A stretch of DNA of 63,483 nt, counting the filler, from Phoronis australis (taxonomy: Eukaryota; Animalia; Phoronida), in NCBI GenBank assembly GCA_002633005.1. It is 11 parts of 11 records of this genome, joined end to end, with 100 filler letters (N's around TTAATTAATTAA, not from the genome) between each part and the next. Parts side by side here need not be neighbours in the genome. Positions count along the whole stretch, not along the records: positions 1 to 12,793 come from NMRA01000392.1; positions 12,894 to 29,445 come from NMRA01000071.1; 9 more parts are not named here. One strand, 5' to 3'. The notes under the pieces are model-generated. The model was given only the letters and a program-made list of their open reading frames with translations, was not told the origin of the DNA and made no database searches. Position numbers and translations under genes: made by a program. The first letter of the stretch is position 1, and each line of letters opens with the position of its first letter. Shown one piece after another: positions 1 to 13,375 of this stretch.

Positions 1-1416
1 TTAATAAGCTTTTATAAAAAATTATTGAACCGGAAATCACTTTCAAGATGGCGGCTGTGGGGCATGTACACACGGTTTCAATCGCTCTGGTGTCGCATTT
101 TTTATGGGAAGAGCAAATGACGTGAATTTTTGCATGTGGATTCCTTGAAGTATGGCCTTTCAAAAAGTCTGCGAGAGCGTATTTCTCGGACTTAGCGTTT
201 TCGAGTTATTTGACTTTGAATTTCAAAAAAAAAAAAAAACGGCAAATTTTCAATTTTCTCGAAATGTTTTTGGATTTTTGCCAAACTACCACTTTAGATA
301 GAGTTTTGAACGGGCTTTCAGGAGATATTTTCCATTTTGCGCTAATCTTATTCATGCATTCACTGTTTTTGCGAGGTGTTCATTTGCGGCAGCCGATGTC
401 GAGTGACCGCCGTTATAAAACTGCGACATCTCTCTGCGGTAATGATAACTACAATGATCACGCATGTGTCAGAAGACCCCAAAATTTGCTAGTATATTGA
501 AGATACCGTGTGGCACACTCTGAGTGAAAAGCAGTAATAGCCATTTATAAAGGATTGTCTCTTCAAGAGTGCGTGTTCTCGCCAACAAATATTGTCCTTG
601 AAAACACTTGACCTCTCGTGGACATGATTTCGGCTCGTGTTATGGTGGACATGTGTGGTCTCGGAGACAAAAACTGTTTCAAACAAGTGAAATTAGGTAA
701 TAAGATAAATATATGACTGGCAGGCTAAAATATGCGAACACAGAAGCACATTCTGCAATGAACCAACTTCAATCTAAGTTAATCGTTAGTTATTCTTCCT
801 GCCGAAAAGTGTCGCACTTTTAAAAATGGCTGCCTTGCTAAATCCGCGTTGCAAATGAACGCCTTGGAAAAACAGGTAAATTATGAAAAATAAACTACCA
901 ATCAGTGCAAGTAATTCATTTTTGGAATCGCCGTGACTAGAGGATTCAGAAAATAGTAGTATCAAGTATGTACGTTATTAGAGTTGAATTGTAAACTATA
1001 ACGGACACACGTCCGCCACAACATGAGCCGAAATATGTCCGCGAGAAGTCAAGTGTTTTTGAGGACGACATTTGTCTGCGAGAACATGTGCTCTCTGTTT
1101 TCTGAAGAAGATGAAGTTATGAAGTGTGCGTGGAAATCAACATCAAACAAATCTTTGAATATACCTTCTTTCACTCGATCACATGAAACTGCTTTGGAGT
1201 GGTGAATTGATGACAAAAGTGTCAAAAAAATCAGGGTTATTTCCTGTAACTAAATGGGTGGTCACACATCTTAAGTCTCTGCCAAAAGCTGAGTGTTTCA
1301 ACCATGAGCAGCGCTCGACACTAAAAATTCCTTGACCCGACGCCACTTGATTTATTCTAAAAAAATTTGAGGCATGCATTCGTGTGAAACACTTGAACAC
1401 TAAGTAGAAAAGATTA

Positions 1417-2865
1417 CCGTATTCACCGTAATAAGCGCCCATGCCCCTAAAAACGCCCCCCCCCCACGCGTTTTCAGACTTTGCTGAAATAAGCGCCCAC
1501 TCCATGAACGTGTACATGCGAACAATGATACCTACAGTCCTAAAACTCGGCTATAACAGTAACGTCTTCAATTTATCAAAAAAGTTTTGCACGGGTCTTC
1601 TAGACCACCAGCAGCACTGCTACGTTTGTGTTGCCGTGACTATACACTTCAAAGTAACGCAGCGCTTCAAAAAGAACGCAACAGCGTTGCTACTCTCGCG
1701 ACGACCATGTCCCGCTATGGTCTGACCTTTCAGTACAGACACGTCGACTGCCCCATGAATAGAAATAACTCAGTGTTAAACGCACGTGGCCAGGAAGCGT
1801 GCGCTACATATATGAACCTGTCGTCAAAGACATTAGTCGGGAACTATCCATTCATGAAACGGGTTGCATAGCATCGGCAAGAAATGAATATTGGCACTAA
1901 TTTCCGACAATTTCTAATACTATAAAACATGTTTGCGTTATTTTTTAGATGGATTGTTTGATTAACCATAATTGGTGTTTTAAGCCAAATATCCGATAAA
2001 ATGACAACTGACAATGAATGCTTACACCGAAAAATAACTGTCAGATAGTTACGTACGCAACCAGCTACACGGCGACTAATATGGGCCCTACCGAAACAAA
2101 TGACGAACGTTTTTAGCACATGAGACCGGCAAGTGCTGAATGAAACACTCTCTGGTTTAGGCCTACTGCTTGTGCAAATTTCTTTAGACACAATGCACAT
2201 CTAACTCGTTAGATTGCGTGGCTCTGGCCAAAAGACGGTCTCTGCTTTGGCAAATGAACTCTGGTGACACGCACTCGCTTACTCGCAGACGAACTTCAAA
2301 ACAAACGTCACGTGACAACAACGTGTGTTCGTCCAGACATTTTTCTCGCCGTGTTGCNNNNNNNNNNNNNNNNNNNNNNAATTTTTATCGCCGTGTTGCC
2401 GATCATACATGTAGATGGCACGATGTTGCACAGATTTGTACTTAAACCGGCCGTTAATCCAGACTCCACGGGAACTTAAAAAATCTTAGAGACGCTACTT
2501 ATGAAACTTAATGAGGATTTCAGGTAATTTGCTTGAGTCGAAACCATTTTTATTCAAGTATTGAAATCGCCATATCGAAGACGGCGATTTCGAGGCAGTC
2601 AGTCGGCGAGTTTTCGCCCTGGGATTTCTGCTCAATTTTCTGTAAAATGATCGTAATTTAGCAGCAAAGTTTGATAGCAATGCACCAAAGTTTTGTTGAA
2701 AGTCTTTCATAGATTACATATACGCCACAGAGCGTAAATTTGATGAATCTTAGCTTCCGAATTCACCCGTTTCGGAGACCGGGTTTTGACCGCCTTGGGT
2801 TATAATAAGCGCCCCCTCGACCGAACTTTTCTAAGCGCCCTGGGCGGTTATTACGGCGAATACGG
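1417..2865 (+). mobile_element. Non-autonomous Tc1/mariner (pogo-like) DNA transposon, copy 1
   Basis: TIRs CCGTATTCACCGTAATAAGCGCCC and GGGCGGTTATTACGGCGAATACGG with TA on both sides. No transposase ORF. Similar to 4 other loci in the window. Confidence 0.85.
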
Positions 2866-2879
2866 TATTTACAGCATAA

Positions 2880-3200
2880 AATAATTGTTTGTGACGTAAA
2901 AAATTACTTTACGCTGTTAAATTATGTGGGTAGTACTATGTTAAAGTTCTTTTTAGAGGCGTAAAGTAATTATTTGGAGGCATACATTAATTATTTGCAG
3001 CATAAAGTAATTATATGCGACGTAAAGTAAATATTCATGGTGTACTTTAACTGTGTAAAATAATTTTTTACGATGTAATTTAACAGTGTTCAGTAATAAT
3101 TGTGGCGTAAAGTAATTATTTGCGGCGTAAAGTAATTATTTGCGGCGTAAAGTAATTATTTGCGACCTATATCTAGTAATTATTTAGGGCGTAATTTTAT
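2880..3200. repeat. Degenerate 20-bp tandem repeat
   Basis: GCGTAAAGTAATTATTTGCG units. Confidence 0.75.
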
Positions 3201-3769
3201 GGCGACACTTCCCGCCCCAATGGCCATTCTTGCAATTAACGTCTGATTTCTATTGTGTACTGAATTTTGTCTGTTTCATCAGACAAATCCTACGCTAACA
3301 TTTTTAATTTTTGTGGTTTTGTTCCCCTAACTCCTAAGTGAGCCTAGGCTGACTGTAATAACCCATCCCAATCCATTCACAAATTACTGCTCGTGGCCTA
3401 GTCGAGATGCTAAAGAAAACTTATTCGCCAATTTCTCTTATAATGCATCAAATTTAAACATTCAAAGACAGCTACTGTTTACTTTTCAATCATGTTGGTT
3501 GTTTGTCTTACTTATTGTTCGTTTTTTGATTTTGAAACTCATATGCTAAACAGGTGTGTTAGTTTACGACCACAGTTATCTCATCAGCCAAGCCCATGAA
3601 TAGCATCTAGCTCTCTTCAATCCGTGATGGCACCGTCAAGTCTTTGATGTGCTGAAGAATAGCGTAAAATTTGCCTAATGTATCCATTTAATTCAGACCA
3701 TAATGACCTCACTTATAATTGACTAAGGCTGATATGTACTTTGTCTGATATTGTGTAGTGATGTTACAG

Positions 3770-3844
3770 AATCCTGAGGTGACAGCTGTATGGGAGAAGC
3801 ATTTAGGACTGACACTGAGAGAGGGTTATGGTCAGACTGAAACT
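3770..3844 (+). CDS. ACSM3: Medium-chain acyl-CoA synthetase (ACSM-like), internal exon
   Basis: ttacag|AATCCT...GAAACT|gtgagt, 75 nt, phase 0-0. Encodes NPEVTAVWEKHLGLTLREGYGQTET, containing the adenylate-forming YGxTE motif. Paralog assignment is uncertain. Confidence 0.85.
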
Positions 3845-4438
3845 GTGAGTAGTGACAAACATAGATGGGTGTTCTGTAGTGCATATCATTTAAAGTCACT
3901 CAAGTGGAAAAGAGCTTGTTCCATGATTGAGCTCACAATACTACCAAAATGGTCTCCACTGAAACTCAAGTGATTGATCTGAGAAGCTGAGTGTTGAATT
4001 ATGGACTTGCTGTTTCCTTTCCTTAAGCCATGGTTTCTGTTGCAAGTGTTGTGTGAGTGTCATGCATTATGTAAAGTGCCCCTGGGATTATAAATTGTGA
4101 TCTAATTACATTAATTTTAGCATGTCCTGAACACATCCACTAAAACAAGAAACTGTAGGAACACTGCATTTATCCACCTTCACTCTTATCAGGCTTCTAT
4201 TGTGAGTCAGCATGCGTGAATAATTGGCTGATAAGCCACCTCTGGAACTACTTTTGGCTGAATGGATGACCAGGCCATAAAATTAGCCAAGACCAGTTAT
4301 TATAATGCACCAAAGAATAATGTCTTGCATCACCTAGCCTTGGTGGAAAGCTGTATACTGGTATTGGCTCAAACAAACGCTAAGAAAAATTCATTTCACG
4401 GGGAGGGGACGCTTACTGTAGTGAGCCTACGGCAATTG

Positions 4439-4900
4439 AAACACGGTTTCCCAAACGGGTAAAATCGGAAGCTAGGATTCATCAAATTTACGCTCTGTGA
4501 CGTAGTTGTAGCCTATGACAGCCTTTCTACAAAATTGTGGTGCATTGCTATCAACTTCTGTTGTTAAATTACAATAATTTTTCAAAAAATTGTGCTCATC
4601 ACAGGGCAAAAACTTGCGGACTGATGCGTTGCTGAATCGCGATCATCAATAGGAAATCTTGAACTCTTGAATAAAAATATAGTTTCGACTCAACAAATTA
4701 CCTGAAATATTCCTTATGTTTTACAATTTTTAAGGTTCATGTGGAGTCCAGATTAATTGCGATTAAGTCCAAATCTGCGCTACATCGTACCCCACAACAC
4801 GAGAAAAATCTCTGGATGAACACACATGTTGTTGTCACGTGACGTTTGTTTTGAAGTTCGTCTGCGTATGAGAGTGAGTGAGCGTGCGTGTGCGGGTCAT
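4439..4900 (-). mobile_element. Partial diverged copy of the same TA-flanked family
   Basis: Reverse complement of ~2260-2790 (e.g. CGGAAGCTAGGATTCATCAAATTTACGCTCTGTG). Confidence 0.75.
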
Positions 4901-6259
4901 CGACGACAGACTTTTTTGTTACAAAAGGCGGAGGATTATGCAAGAAAATGGCGTTTACTAGATTGTTTTTCACTTAAACGGCTGCAACATGCAAGGTGAG
5001 TGCTGGTTAGCTCACAGATTTTGTGTGCACAGGCCGACTGTCGTTAGCTCTGCCNNNNNNNNNNNNNNNNNNNNNNNNNNNNNNNNNNNNNNNNNNNNNN
5101 NNNNNNNNNNNNNNNNNNNNNNNNNNNNNNNNNNNNNNNNNNNNNNNNNNNNNNNNNNNNNNNNNNNNNNNNNNNNNNNNNNNNNNNNNNNNNNNNNNNN
5201 NNNNNNNNNNNNNNNNNNNNNNNNNNNNNNNNNNNNNNNNNNNNNNNNNNNNNNNNNNNNNNNNNNNNNNNNNNNCCGGGCTGTGTGAAATTTCTGGGTC
5301 TAACGGAGACACTGACGCAGTGGTCAGCCAGCTCGCTGTATCAAGACTATAGTCAAAATCCAAATTCGTTTTATCGTGTCCTTGTCAATAATAACGGCAT
5401 GCTAAAGCCTTCTTAATTTTCGTACTTCAGGAACATAACAATCAAGTCTTTTGTACACATACGCGCACGCCGCAGATCACATCTCGGAAATTGCCGATTT
5501 GACGGATGACAATGAATGAACACAATGAAATTAACAACGTCGTTTTACAGCATGTAAGATTCATAATAAACGTACGTATTTTGAATATTGCAATGCATGT
5601 GTTCCAAAATCTAAATAACTTGGGTCCTATATTTTTGTATTAGTGCGCGCCGAATGAAAGTAATCGTGAGTGTTGCTGTGTTGCAAAATCTCTTATCCTG
5701 GGCCATTTGAAAAATTCAAAGTTGTACTCCTATTTGTTTTCGCTCCTCTTTTCAAATATTACAGTAAAAACTACATAAAACTCTCTCCATAAAAAGTACA
5801 GTCTGCTAGCTAGATTGTAATCAGCTGATCATATCCGCATGATCGAAGCCAATTATCCTCGCTCGTGACTCGATGACTAGAGCAGCTTGGCGGCATCCCT
5901 TTGATCGTGAGCTGAGTGCGACTCAGCCAAGGTGGATAAATACGGTCTAGTTCAATTTTCCATACCCCACCGTTTACCTTAACCACTGGGGTTAGGACCA
6001 ATCTTATTTAGTGGGAATGTTCATAGCATGGGTAGAGCCGTGCTTTGAATATTATTTTGCTGTTAAGTTATCAGTATGATTAGTCAGTATACAATACACT
6101 GCTTGATATTTCAACAGTCCATTGCTTGAATAATATGCTTACAAGGAAAACATGCAGATATATTTGAATTTTTTTCACTCAGGTTCTTCAGCAGTGCTCT
6201 GAGTGGCCCTCACTAGGATCAAAAAGTATTCAGCGCCAGAGTCGGGCACAGTTATGATC

Positions 6260-6402
6260 AGTGGCGGATTTAAGGGGAGGGGGGGGCAAGGGGACCGTGC
6301 CCCCCAAATTCTCACAGATTTCAATTTTCAGTTTGGGTTGCGAAAATCCTGGCTAATACTCTGACCTGGCCCCTCTAACTCAAAATCCTGGATCCGCCCC
6401 TG
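6260..6402. mobile_element. Short hAT-like MITE
   Basis: CAGTGGCGGATT...GGATCCGCCCCTG with internal G and C runs. Confidence 0.6.
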
Positions 6403-6870
6403 ATGATGACGGCACCAGTCGAGACTAAATAACCCAGCCATAAAGTGTTTGTAAACATCTCTGCCTGTACGTACTGGCAATTAAAATTTTTAAAATGCAT
6501 TAACCAATAATTTTCAGTAAAAATAAATGTAACGATGGTATCCAGCTGTAAAAAGCAACACAGGATGGTTATTGATTTTTGAAAATTAATGAGCTAACTG
6601 AAGCTAAAAATCACAAACATTGGGTACGGATTGAAGAGAAACGACCGTGCACATTCATACACTCACGTTGATCACCTTTCTGCATCATTAGCATTGAGCT
6701 AGTACACGAATACAAAGATTGCGCTGAATGGCAAAATAATGCAAAGGAGGGCAAGAAGAATCTCAGTGGTGACTAGTGTAAGCGAGACGTTCTCATGTCA
6801 TGAACGTAAAAGTGAACTTGCGTATACTATGTTTTTCAAGTTCAATTCTTCAGCTTTTGATCGTTTTTGT

Positions 6871-7610
6871 GCAAGACTTAGACAGAGATATGTTCTAGTG
6901 TTACATACTGCTATGTACTGCTTTGTAATGCAAGACTTAAGATAGAGTTGTGTTCGAGTGTTGCATACTGCTATGTACTGCTATGTAATGCAAGACTTAG
7001 ACAGAGTTGTGTTCTTGTGTTACATACTGCTATGTACTGCTTTGTAATGCAAGACTTATAGACAGAGTTGTGTTCTTGTGTTACATACTGCTGTGTACTG
7101 CTTTGTAATGCAAGACTTAGACAGAGTTGTGTTCTTATGTTACATACTGCTGTGTACTGCTTTGTAATGCAAGACTTAGACATGTGTTACATACTGCTAT
7201 ATACTGCTTTGTAATGCAACACTTAAGATAGAGCTGTGTTTGAGTAGGGCATACTGCTATGTACTGCAGTAATGCAAGACTTAGACAGAGCTGTATTCTA
7301 GTGTTGCATACTACTATGAACTGCTATGTAATGCAAGACTTAGACAGAGCTGTGTTCCAGTGTTGCATACTGCTATGTACTGCTATGTAATGCAAGACTT
7401 AGACAGAGCTGTGTTCCAGTGTTGCATACTGCTATGTACTGCTATGTAATGCAAGACTTAGACAGAGCTGTGTTCCAGTGTTGCATTCTGCTATGTAATG
7501 CTTTGTAATGCAAGACTTAGACAGAGCTGTGTTCAAGTGTTGCATACTGCTATGTACTGCTATGTAATGCAAGACTTAGACAAAGCTGTGTTCTAGTGCT
7601 GCATACTGCT
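6871..7610. repeat. 59-bp minisatellite, ~12 copies
   Basis: GCAAGACTTAGACAGAGCTGTGTTCCAGTGTTGCATACTGCTATGTACTGCTATGTAAT. Confidence 0.95.
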
Positions 7611-7846
7611 ATTTACCTCCCACTTTGTTGATACACAGCTAAATTACGTGGTGTATGTTTGGATGATGCGGTATTGAAACTTCAAATTTAGGCAAAAATG
7701 TATACTTTACGTTTTTTTAACTGTGTAATTCAAGGAAATCAGTTTGAAATAACCAAATTTTCATCCTTATGCTTTGTGAATCATCTTTGTTATGCTTTGT
7801 GAATCTTGATAATTATCTGTATTTTTTGAAACATTCCCATTTGCAG

Positions 7847-7927
7847 ACGGCCCTGTGTGGCTCATTTCGATGCATTAAGAACAAGCCTGGCTCTATGGGC
7901 AAGTCAAGTCCTGGTTATGATGTTCAG
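7847..7927 (+). CDS. ACSM3: ACSM-like, internal exon
   Basis: ttgcag|ACG...CAG|gtaatt, 81 nt. Encodes TALCGSFRCIKNKPGSMGKSSPGYDVQ with the KPGSMGK motif typical of ACSM. Confidence 0.88.
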
Positions 7928-7991
7928 GTAATTGTTACCTCTGCTGTGGACTTCACCTGACACAGATGTGATCAACCTCACTTAAGAATTT

Positions 7992-9300
7992 TTTTTATAC
8001 ATTTATTGGCAATGAGAAAAACATTACAATATCACAAAAAGACAAAGAATACCACAGACACACACACACACACAAACACACACGCGTGCATACCCATAAC
8101 TAATCCTCTTGACTGCTAAGAAAAACCGTTTCAAAGTTATACCATCTTTTTTGTATAAATTCTAAATTCAAATCCTTACGAGCATTATACTTTTCACTCG
8201 ACATATAATATTCTTTAATGAAGTCTACTTAGAAGTAATCTTTTTGATCTAAACTTTTGGATATACATGAACTGTTTACCCAATAATAAAACAATGTTTT
8301 TAAAATTTTCTTTTTTATCAAAAAACCCCAAAACAATGTTGTTGCAGGAGAAAGTGCCGACACACTGGGGATTTGCTCTGTTTATAATTTTGTTATTAAC
8401 TTTTGTCCAAAATGAATTTACTGTTTCACATGCCCAAAATAAGTGTTTCAAAGTCTCTTTCGATTGTTCACAAAAGGAACAAGAGTCGTCATCCGTAACT
8501 TGAATTATTTTTAAAAAAGAGTTAGTAGTCAAACTTCTCGACAAGAGTCTGAACTGAAGCCACCTAATTCTTGGGTCTCTTGTTGTGTTATATACATCTT
8601 CCCATGAAAAATCAGTTGTTTTTACGTTCAGTTCGTTGACCCATTTTGACTCAACTTTTGAGACTTCGGAACTATAATTCAATTGTGTACAGATATGTTG
8701 ACACCCTCTCCCACCACTTCTCAGTTTCATTAAAATCGTTGGCATAACAGGACAATACGCATCAAAACTAACAATTCTATCATTACCACATTTCTGTTGG
8801 TACTTAAATATCAATGAAATTACACTATTATACTCCACAAAGGTCGTTTTGATACCTAAAATATCCACAATAAATCTATAGTTCAAAATATTACCGTCTG
8901 GGGAAAACAAGTCCTTTATAAAGACTATGCTTCTATTGCACCAGTTCTTGTAGAAAATACTTTTTCCTCCTGCCTGCAGATCACTGCTAAACCATAAAGG
9001 TTGGTTAAGAAAATCTATCTGATTTTTGACAATTTCCAAAGGAGATTACACATTCAAAAAAAATCTTTCCAGAAGTGATTGTCAGTATTAGGCAACTTTA
9101 TCTTGAGAAAGTCAACTCCGTACTTAGCGAAATTTCTGAATTCAGGAAAAATCAAATGAAACAAACCGGCAGTCTTAGACTGACCGTTTACAAATTTTGT
9201 TAACATGTTAATCTTTAAAGCCTTACAGAATGAAAATGTGTTTATCATTCTGATACCACCTTCATTATAATTACAAACAGCTCGGGAGCGCTTAATTTTG
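7992..9300 (-). mobile_element. 5'-truncated L1/Tx1-like LINE in an ACSM intron
   Basis: ORF2 C-terminus (EGGIRMINTFSFCKALK; zinc-binding CSFCEQSKETLKHLFWAC) with a frameshift near 9050. Has AATAAA plus an A-tail near 7990-8007 and an imperfect TSD, TCACTTAA(AA)GAATTT, at 7978 and 9301. Confidence 0.85.
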
Positions 9301-9478
9301 TCACTTAAAAGAATTTATTTAACAAGTTGCTGCAGGTGTGTAGTCTAAATGTTAGTAGTGCCACAAGGTTTAATCTTGGTGGTAGCATGTGGACGATTAT
9401 AATGTAATTTGCATTTCAACATCAGTGTGATATTTTGGTAAATGTTCTGACCTTCAACACCTTCTCCAATGATGATCG

Positions 9479-10058
9479 CATGAACACTAATTTTGCTTTA
9501 CATAATCCTTGTGAGTGTACATGAACACTAATTTTGCTTTACATAATCCTTGTGAGTGTACATGAACACTAATTTTGCTTTACATAATCCTTGTGAGTGC
9601 ACATGAACACTAATTTTGCTTTACATAGTCCTTGTGAGTGTACATGAACACTAATTTTGCTTTACATAATCCTTGTGCGTGTACATGAACACTAATTTTG
9701 CTTTACATAATCCTTGTGAGTGCACATGAACACTAATTTTGCTTTACATAATCCTTGTGAGTGTACATGAACACTAATTTTGCTTTACATAATCCTTGTG
9801 AGTGCACATGAACACTAAAATTTGCTTTACATAGTCCTTGTGAGTGTACATGAACACTAATTTTGCTTTACATAATCCTTGTGCGTGTACATGAACACTA
9901 ATTTTGCTTTACATAATCCTTGTGAGTGTACATCAACACTAATTTTGCTTTACATAATCCTTGCGAGTGTACATGAACACTAATTTTGCGTTACATAATC
10001 CTTGCGAGGGTACATCAACATTAATTTTGCGTTACATAATCCTTGCGTGTGTACATGC
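9479..10058. repeat. 41-bp minisatellite, ~14 copies
   Basis: CATGAACACTAATTTTGCTTTACATAATCCTTGTGAGTGTA. Confidence 0.95.
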
Positions 10059-10193
10059 ATCTTGCGTGAAAGGCAAAGTGGACTGTACATTGGCATTCTA
10101 GGTTTAGTCAAAGTGTTACGATTCTGTAATATGTTGGTATGGAAATGGTAATTAAACAATAGACTAAGTAAAGGAATCAATGCTTTCATTCAG

Positions 10194-10295
10194 ATTGTGG
10201 ATGAGGCTGGCAATACAGTTGACCCTGGTGTTGAAGGAGACATCAGTGTGAGAGTGAAGCCACATCGACCTGTTGGACTGTTCACAAAGTATTTG
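10194..10295 (+). CDS. ACSM3: ACSM-like, internal exon
   Basis: attcag|ATT...TTG|gtaaag, 102 nt. Encodes IVDEAGNTVDPGVEGDISVRVKPHRPVGLFTKYL. Not in the ORF track. Confidence 0.88.
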
Positions 10296-10655
10296 GTAAA
10301 GTAGCTGGAGTTAGCACGGATAATCACTATTTGGGGGTTTGAGTTATAGTTGACTCATAGTTGCTTTTAATACCGCTGAAGGGTCTAATTTGTTTTAAGA
10401 ATGTGTAGCAATGCACCCCTAGCATTACTTACCAGTCAGTCTTGATTGATGCAACAAACTACTGTACAGTTGCATATTTTGTTCAATGTGAGTATGAAAG
10501 ATGAATATTTACAACAGAGCCTTTGAAAAAAAAGAAATTGTAAGTTTTGCCATCATTGAGAAACTGAACAGCCTTTTCTAAACATGAAATGAAGTTTTGA
10601 GCTTCACTGAGTATTTTGACAAGATTAATTAACAGCTAACTTCTCTTACATTCAG

Positions 10656-10783
10656 GATGATGATGAGAGGACTGTGACCTCATTTAGAGGTGACTTTTAT
10701 TTGACTGGTGACCGTGGTTACAAAGACGAGGAGGGCTATCTCTGGTTTGTTGGTCGCTCAGATGATGTCATTCTGTCTGCTGG
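10656..10783 (+). CDS. ACSM3: ACSM-like, internal exon
   Basis: attcag|GAT...GCTGG|gtaatc. Encodes [43 protein letters not shown] with the TGD and GRxDD motifs of the ANL superfamily. Confidence 0.9.
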
Positions 10784-11016
10784 GTAATCCATCACTTTTA
10801 ATTCAGCTCTAGTTAGAGGTCATGTAGAGGTCACTGAACACTTTGGGGTCTAGCGTGTTTGTTATGCTTGTTGGGTGATAGACTTGACTGACAGTGTGCG
10901 TGCCCGTGTGGGTGCGCGTGTGTGCATGCGTGCGTGTGCGTGCGTGCATGTGAGTGTATGATTGGTTATCCCATAAAGTTTACATTCATTTTGTGAAGTG
11001 AAAAGACAGTTTTGAA

Positions 11017-11730
11017 TTTTTATGCACCCACATATTTATGTGTAGATGCATTACCTATGCCGTCATCTCCCTCCTTCCGTCCGGCGTCCGCTGCTCTATC
11101 TCCAAAACTCTGACGTACGTTCATGAAATTTTGCACATACATGTATGAGCGAACCTTCGGATGGATCCGACTACCAGTGTGCCCCCTAGTGGCAATTTAA
11201 GTTTTTACGTTTACCTCTGTATCTTCAAAGGTCCTCTACTAATTTTCATGAAATTTGGCTCATAGGCATCTATTGATGAGGTGACTCTATCCTTTCATTT
11301 TCGGGTGGATTCGAGGTATTTCGCGCCGTCCACTGGCCATTTTTAGTATTCTTGAGTTCGTTTTTTGTGGTACGCCCCTCTGTCAACCAAATCACTCTAA
11401 TGATGATTGCGAAAATTGGCATGTATGTTTTTAGTATGAAGAGGACGGTTGACTGTGATTTTCCGTTGAATTTGACGACTGTGGCGCCTCCTAGTGGAAG
11501 TTTTGTTTGTTTTTGCGCCCATGGCTGTATCTACTAAACGCTTTACAGGAGCAGCAATTGTGTTTACATGAAGTTGACAACAGACAATGATGGCTTTCGG
11601 ACAGATCAGACTACAGGTGTGCCCCCTAGTGGCAATTTTAGTTCTTTTACGTTTACCTGACTTTCTAAGGTCCTCGATGGATTTCCATAAAATTTGGCAC
11701 ATAGGCATCTATTAATGAGGTGACGCTATC
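11017..11730 (+). mobile_element. Helentron/DINE-like non-autonomous repeat
   Basis: Starts TTTTTATGCACCCACATATT, followed by a CCGTCC-type tract and a ~440-bp internal repeat (GTGTGCCCCCTAGTGGCAATTT twice). A related copy lies at 40345-42678. The class assignment is an inference. Confidence 0.55.
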
Positions 11731-12793
11731 ATGCTATGAACATTCCCACTAAATAAAATTGGTTCTAACCCCGGTGTTTAAGGTAAACGGCGAGGTATGG
11801 AAAATTGAACTAGACCGTATTTATCCACCTTGGCTGAGACGCGCTCGGCTCATGGTCAAAGGGATGCCGCCAAGCTGCTCTCCTGATAACATGTCGTGAA
11901 CACATCCACTAAAACAAGAAACTGTAGGAACACCGCATTTATCCACCTTCACTCTTATCAGGCTNTTAATCCAGATTAAAATTTATATTATATTATATTT
12001 CTAACAGGGGTTTATATTATATATCTAACAGGGGTCAAGTATGGCGGTAACCAAAGATAAACATTTATTGAACTTGTGCAATCCAACTGATGTACAGCAA
12101 AACTGGCACAAGTCGGATCCCAGCAGATTTTATTCCTGCTTTAAGGTACTTAAGTGCACATTCAAGTGTATATGGACTAGAATGACTGTGATGTTGAACT
12201 TTAGACTTGTCTTGCTTATGTACATCCCGCTTCTACGAGTTTTGCTGTTCCGAGCGGTTGTAATACTTTCCAGTGATTGACGGCAGTTTGAAATCAGGAG
12301 TTTCAAATGTTACCATTCAAGAGTCATCCTGTACTGAAAGTTAACTGGGCAATGTCGGCCTTTGACAGCTTTGTTGCACATCTGTTTAATTTCGACTATA
12401 AGCCGTTTGAAGGGTAAAGTTTGTCAAAATCTCTAGTGCTTTTGTGCCCACTTGTTTATTGGAGTTTTGGTCACGTGCTACTCAAGACTGAAAGAGCAGC
12501 ATATGATGACGCAGGCACGTTACAGTGTTCTGTTAGAGTGACAAAAGCTCAATGTTATTAGTAAGTACTGCATGTGCGCACCCAGGGGGGGGGTTCGGGG
12601 GCTCGACCCGAATTGGCGAAGTGAGCAAAAAGGTCCGCTCCCCGAGAGACAAAAAGTGTGAGAAAATGGGACAAAAGTCCACTAAATGAGCGAAAACGTG
12701 CAATTCACAGAGGTGCTCCTGTTTTTTTTTTTAGTCCGCCCACTCTTTTGTTAGCAAATGGTCCACAATGTCGGGAATTCGAACCCCCCTTAT

Positions 12794-12893
12794 NNNNNNN
12801 NNNNNNNNNNNNNNNNNNNNNNNNNNNNNNNNNNNNNTTAATTAATTAANNNNNNNNNNNNNNNNNNNNNNNNNNNNNNNNNNNNNNNNNNNN
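12794..12893. other. Artificial contig spacer N44-TTAATTAATTAA-N44 (first of 10)
   Basis: The 12-mer starts at 12838, 29490, 33867, 39342, 45035, 50134, 53082, 56233, 58650 and 61214. It has stops in all six frames. Confidence 0.97.
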
Positions 12894-13375
12894 GACAATG
12901 TCATGGTGTATTATTTTTAGTTGACAAACACAATTTGAATATTTATGACAATGTCATGGTGTATTATTTTTAGTTGACAAACACAATTTGAATATTTATG
13001 ACAATGTCATGGTGTATTATTTTTAGTTGACAAACACAATTTGAATATTTATGACAATGTCATGGTGTATTATTTTTAGTTGACAAACACAATTTGAATA
13101 TTTATGACAATGTCATGGTGTATTATTTTTAGTTGACAAACACAATTTGAATATTTATGACAATGTCATGGTGTATTATTTTTAGTTGACAAACACAATT
13201 TGAATATTTATGACAATGTCATGGTGTATTATTTTTAGTTGACAAACACAATTTGAATATTTATGACAATGTCATGGTGTATTATTTTTAGTTGACAAAC
13301 ACAATTTGAATATTTATGACAATGTCATGGTGTATTATTTTTAGTTGACAAACACAATTTGAATATTTATGACAA
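12894..13375. repeat. 53-bp perfect minisatellite, 9 copies, runs into the spacer
   Basis: GACAATGTCATGGTGTATTATTTTTAGTTGACAAACACAATTTGAATATTTAT. Confidence 0.95.

Noticed and set aside
1-1400. Short ORFs at the window start
   Set aside because: No motifs or convincing splice sites. Probably repeat-derived, but boundaries cannot be defined from this window.
12838-12849. TTAATTAATTAA as a biological motif
   Set aside because: Always centred in exactly 44+44 Ns, so it is an assembly linker.
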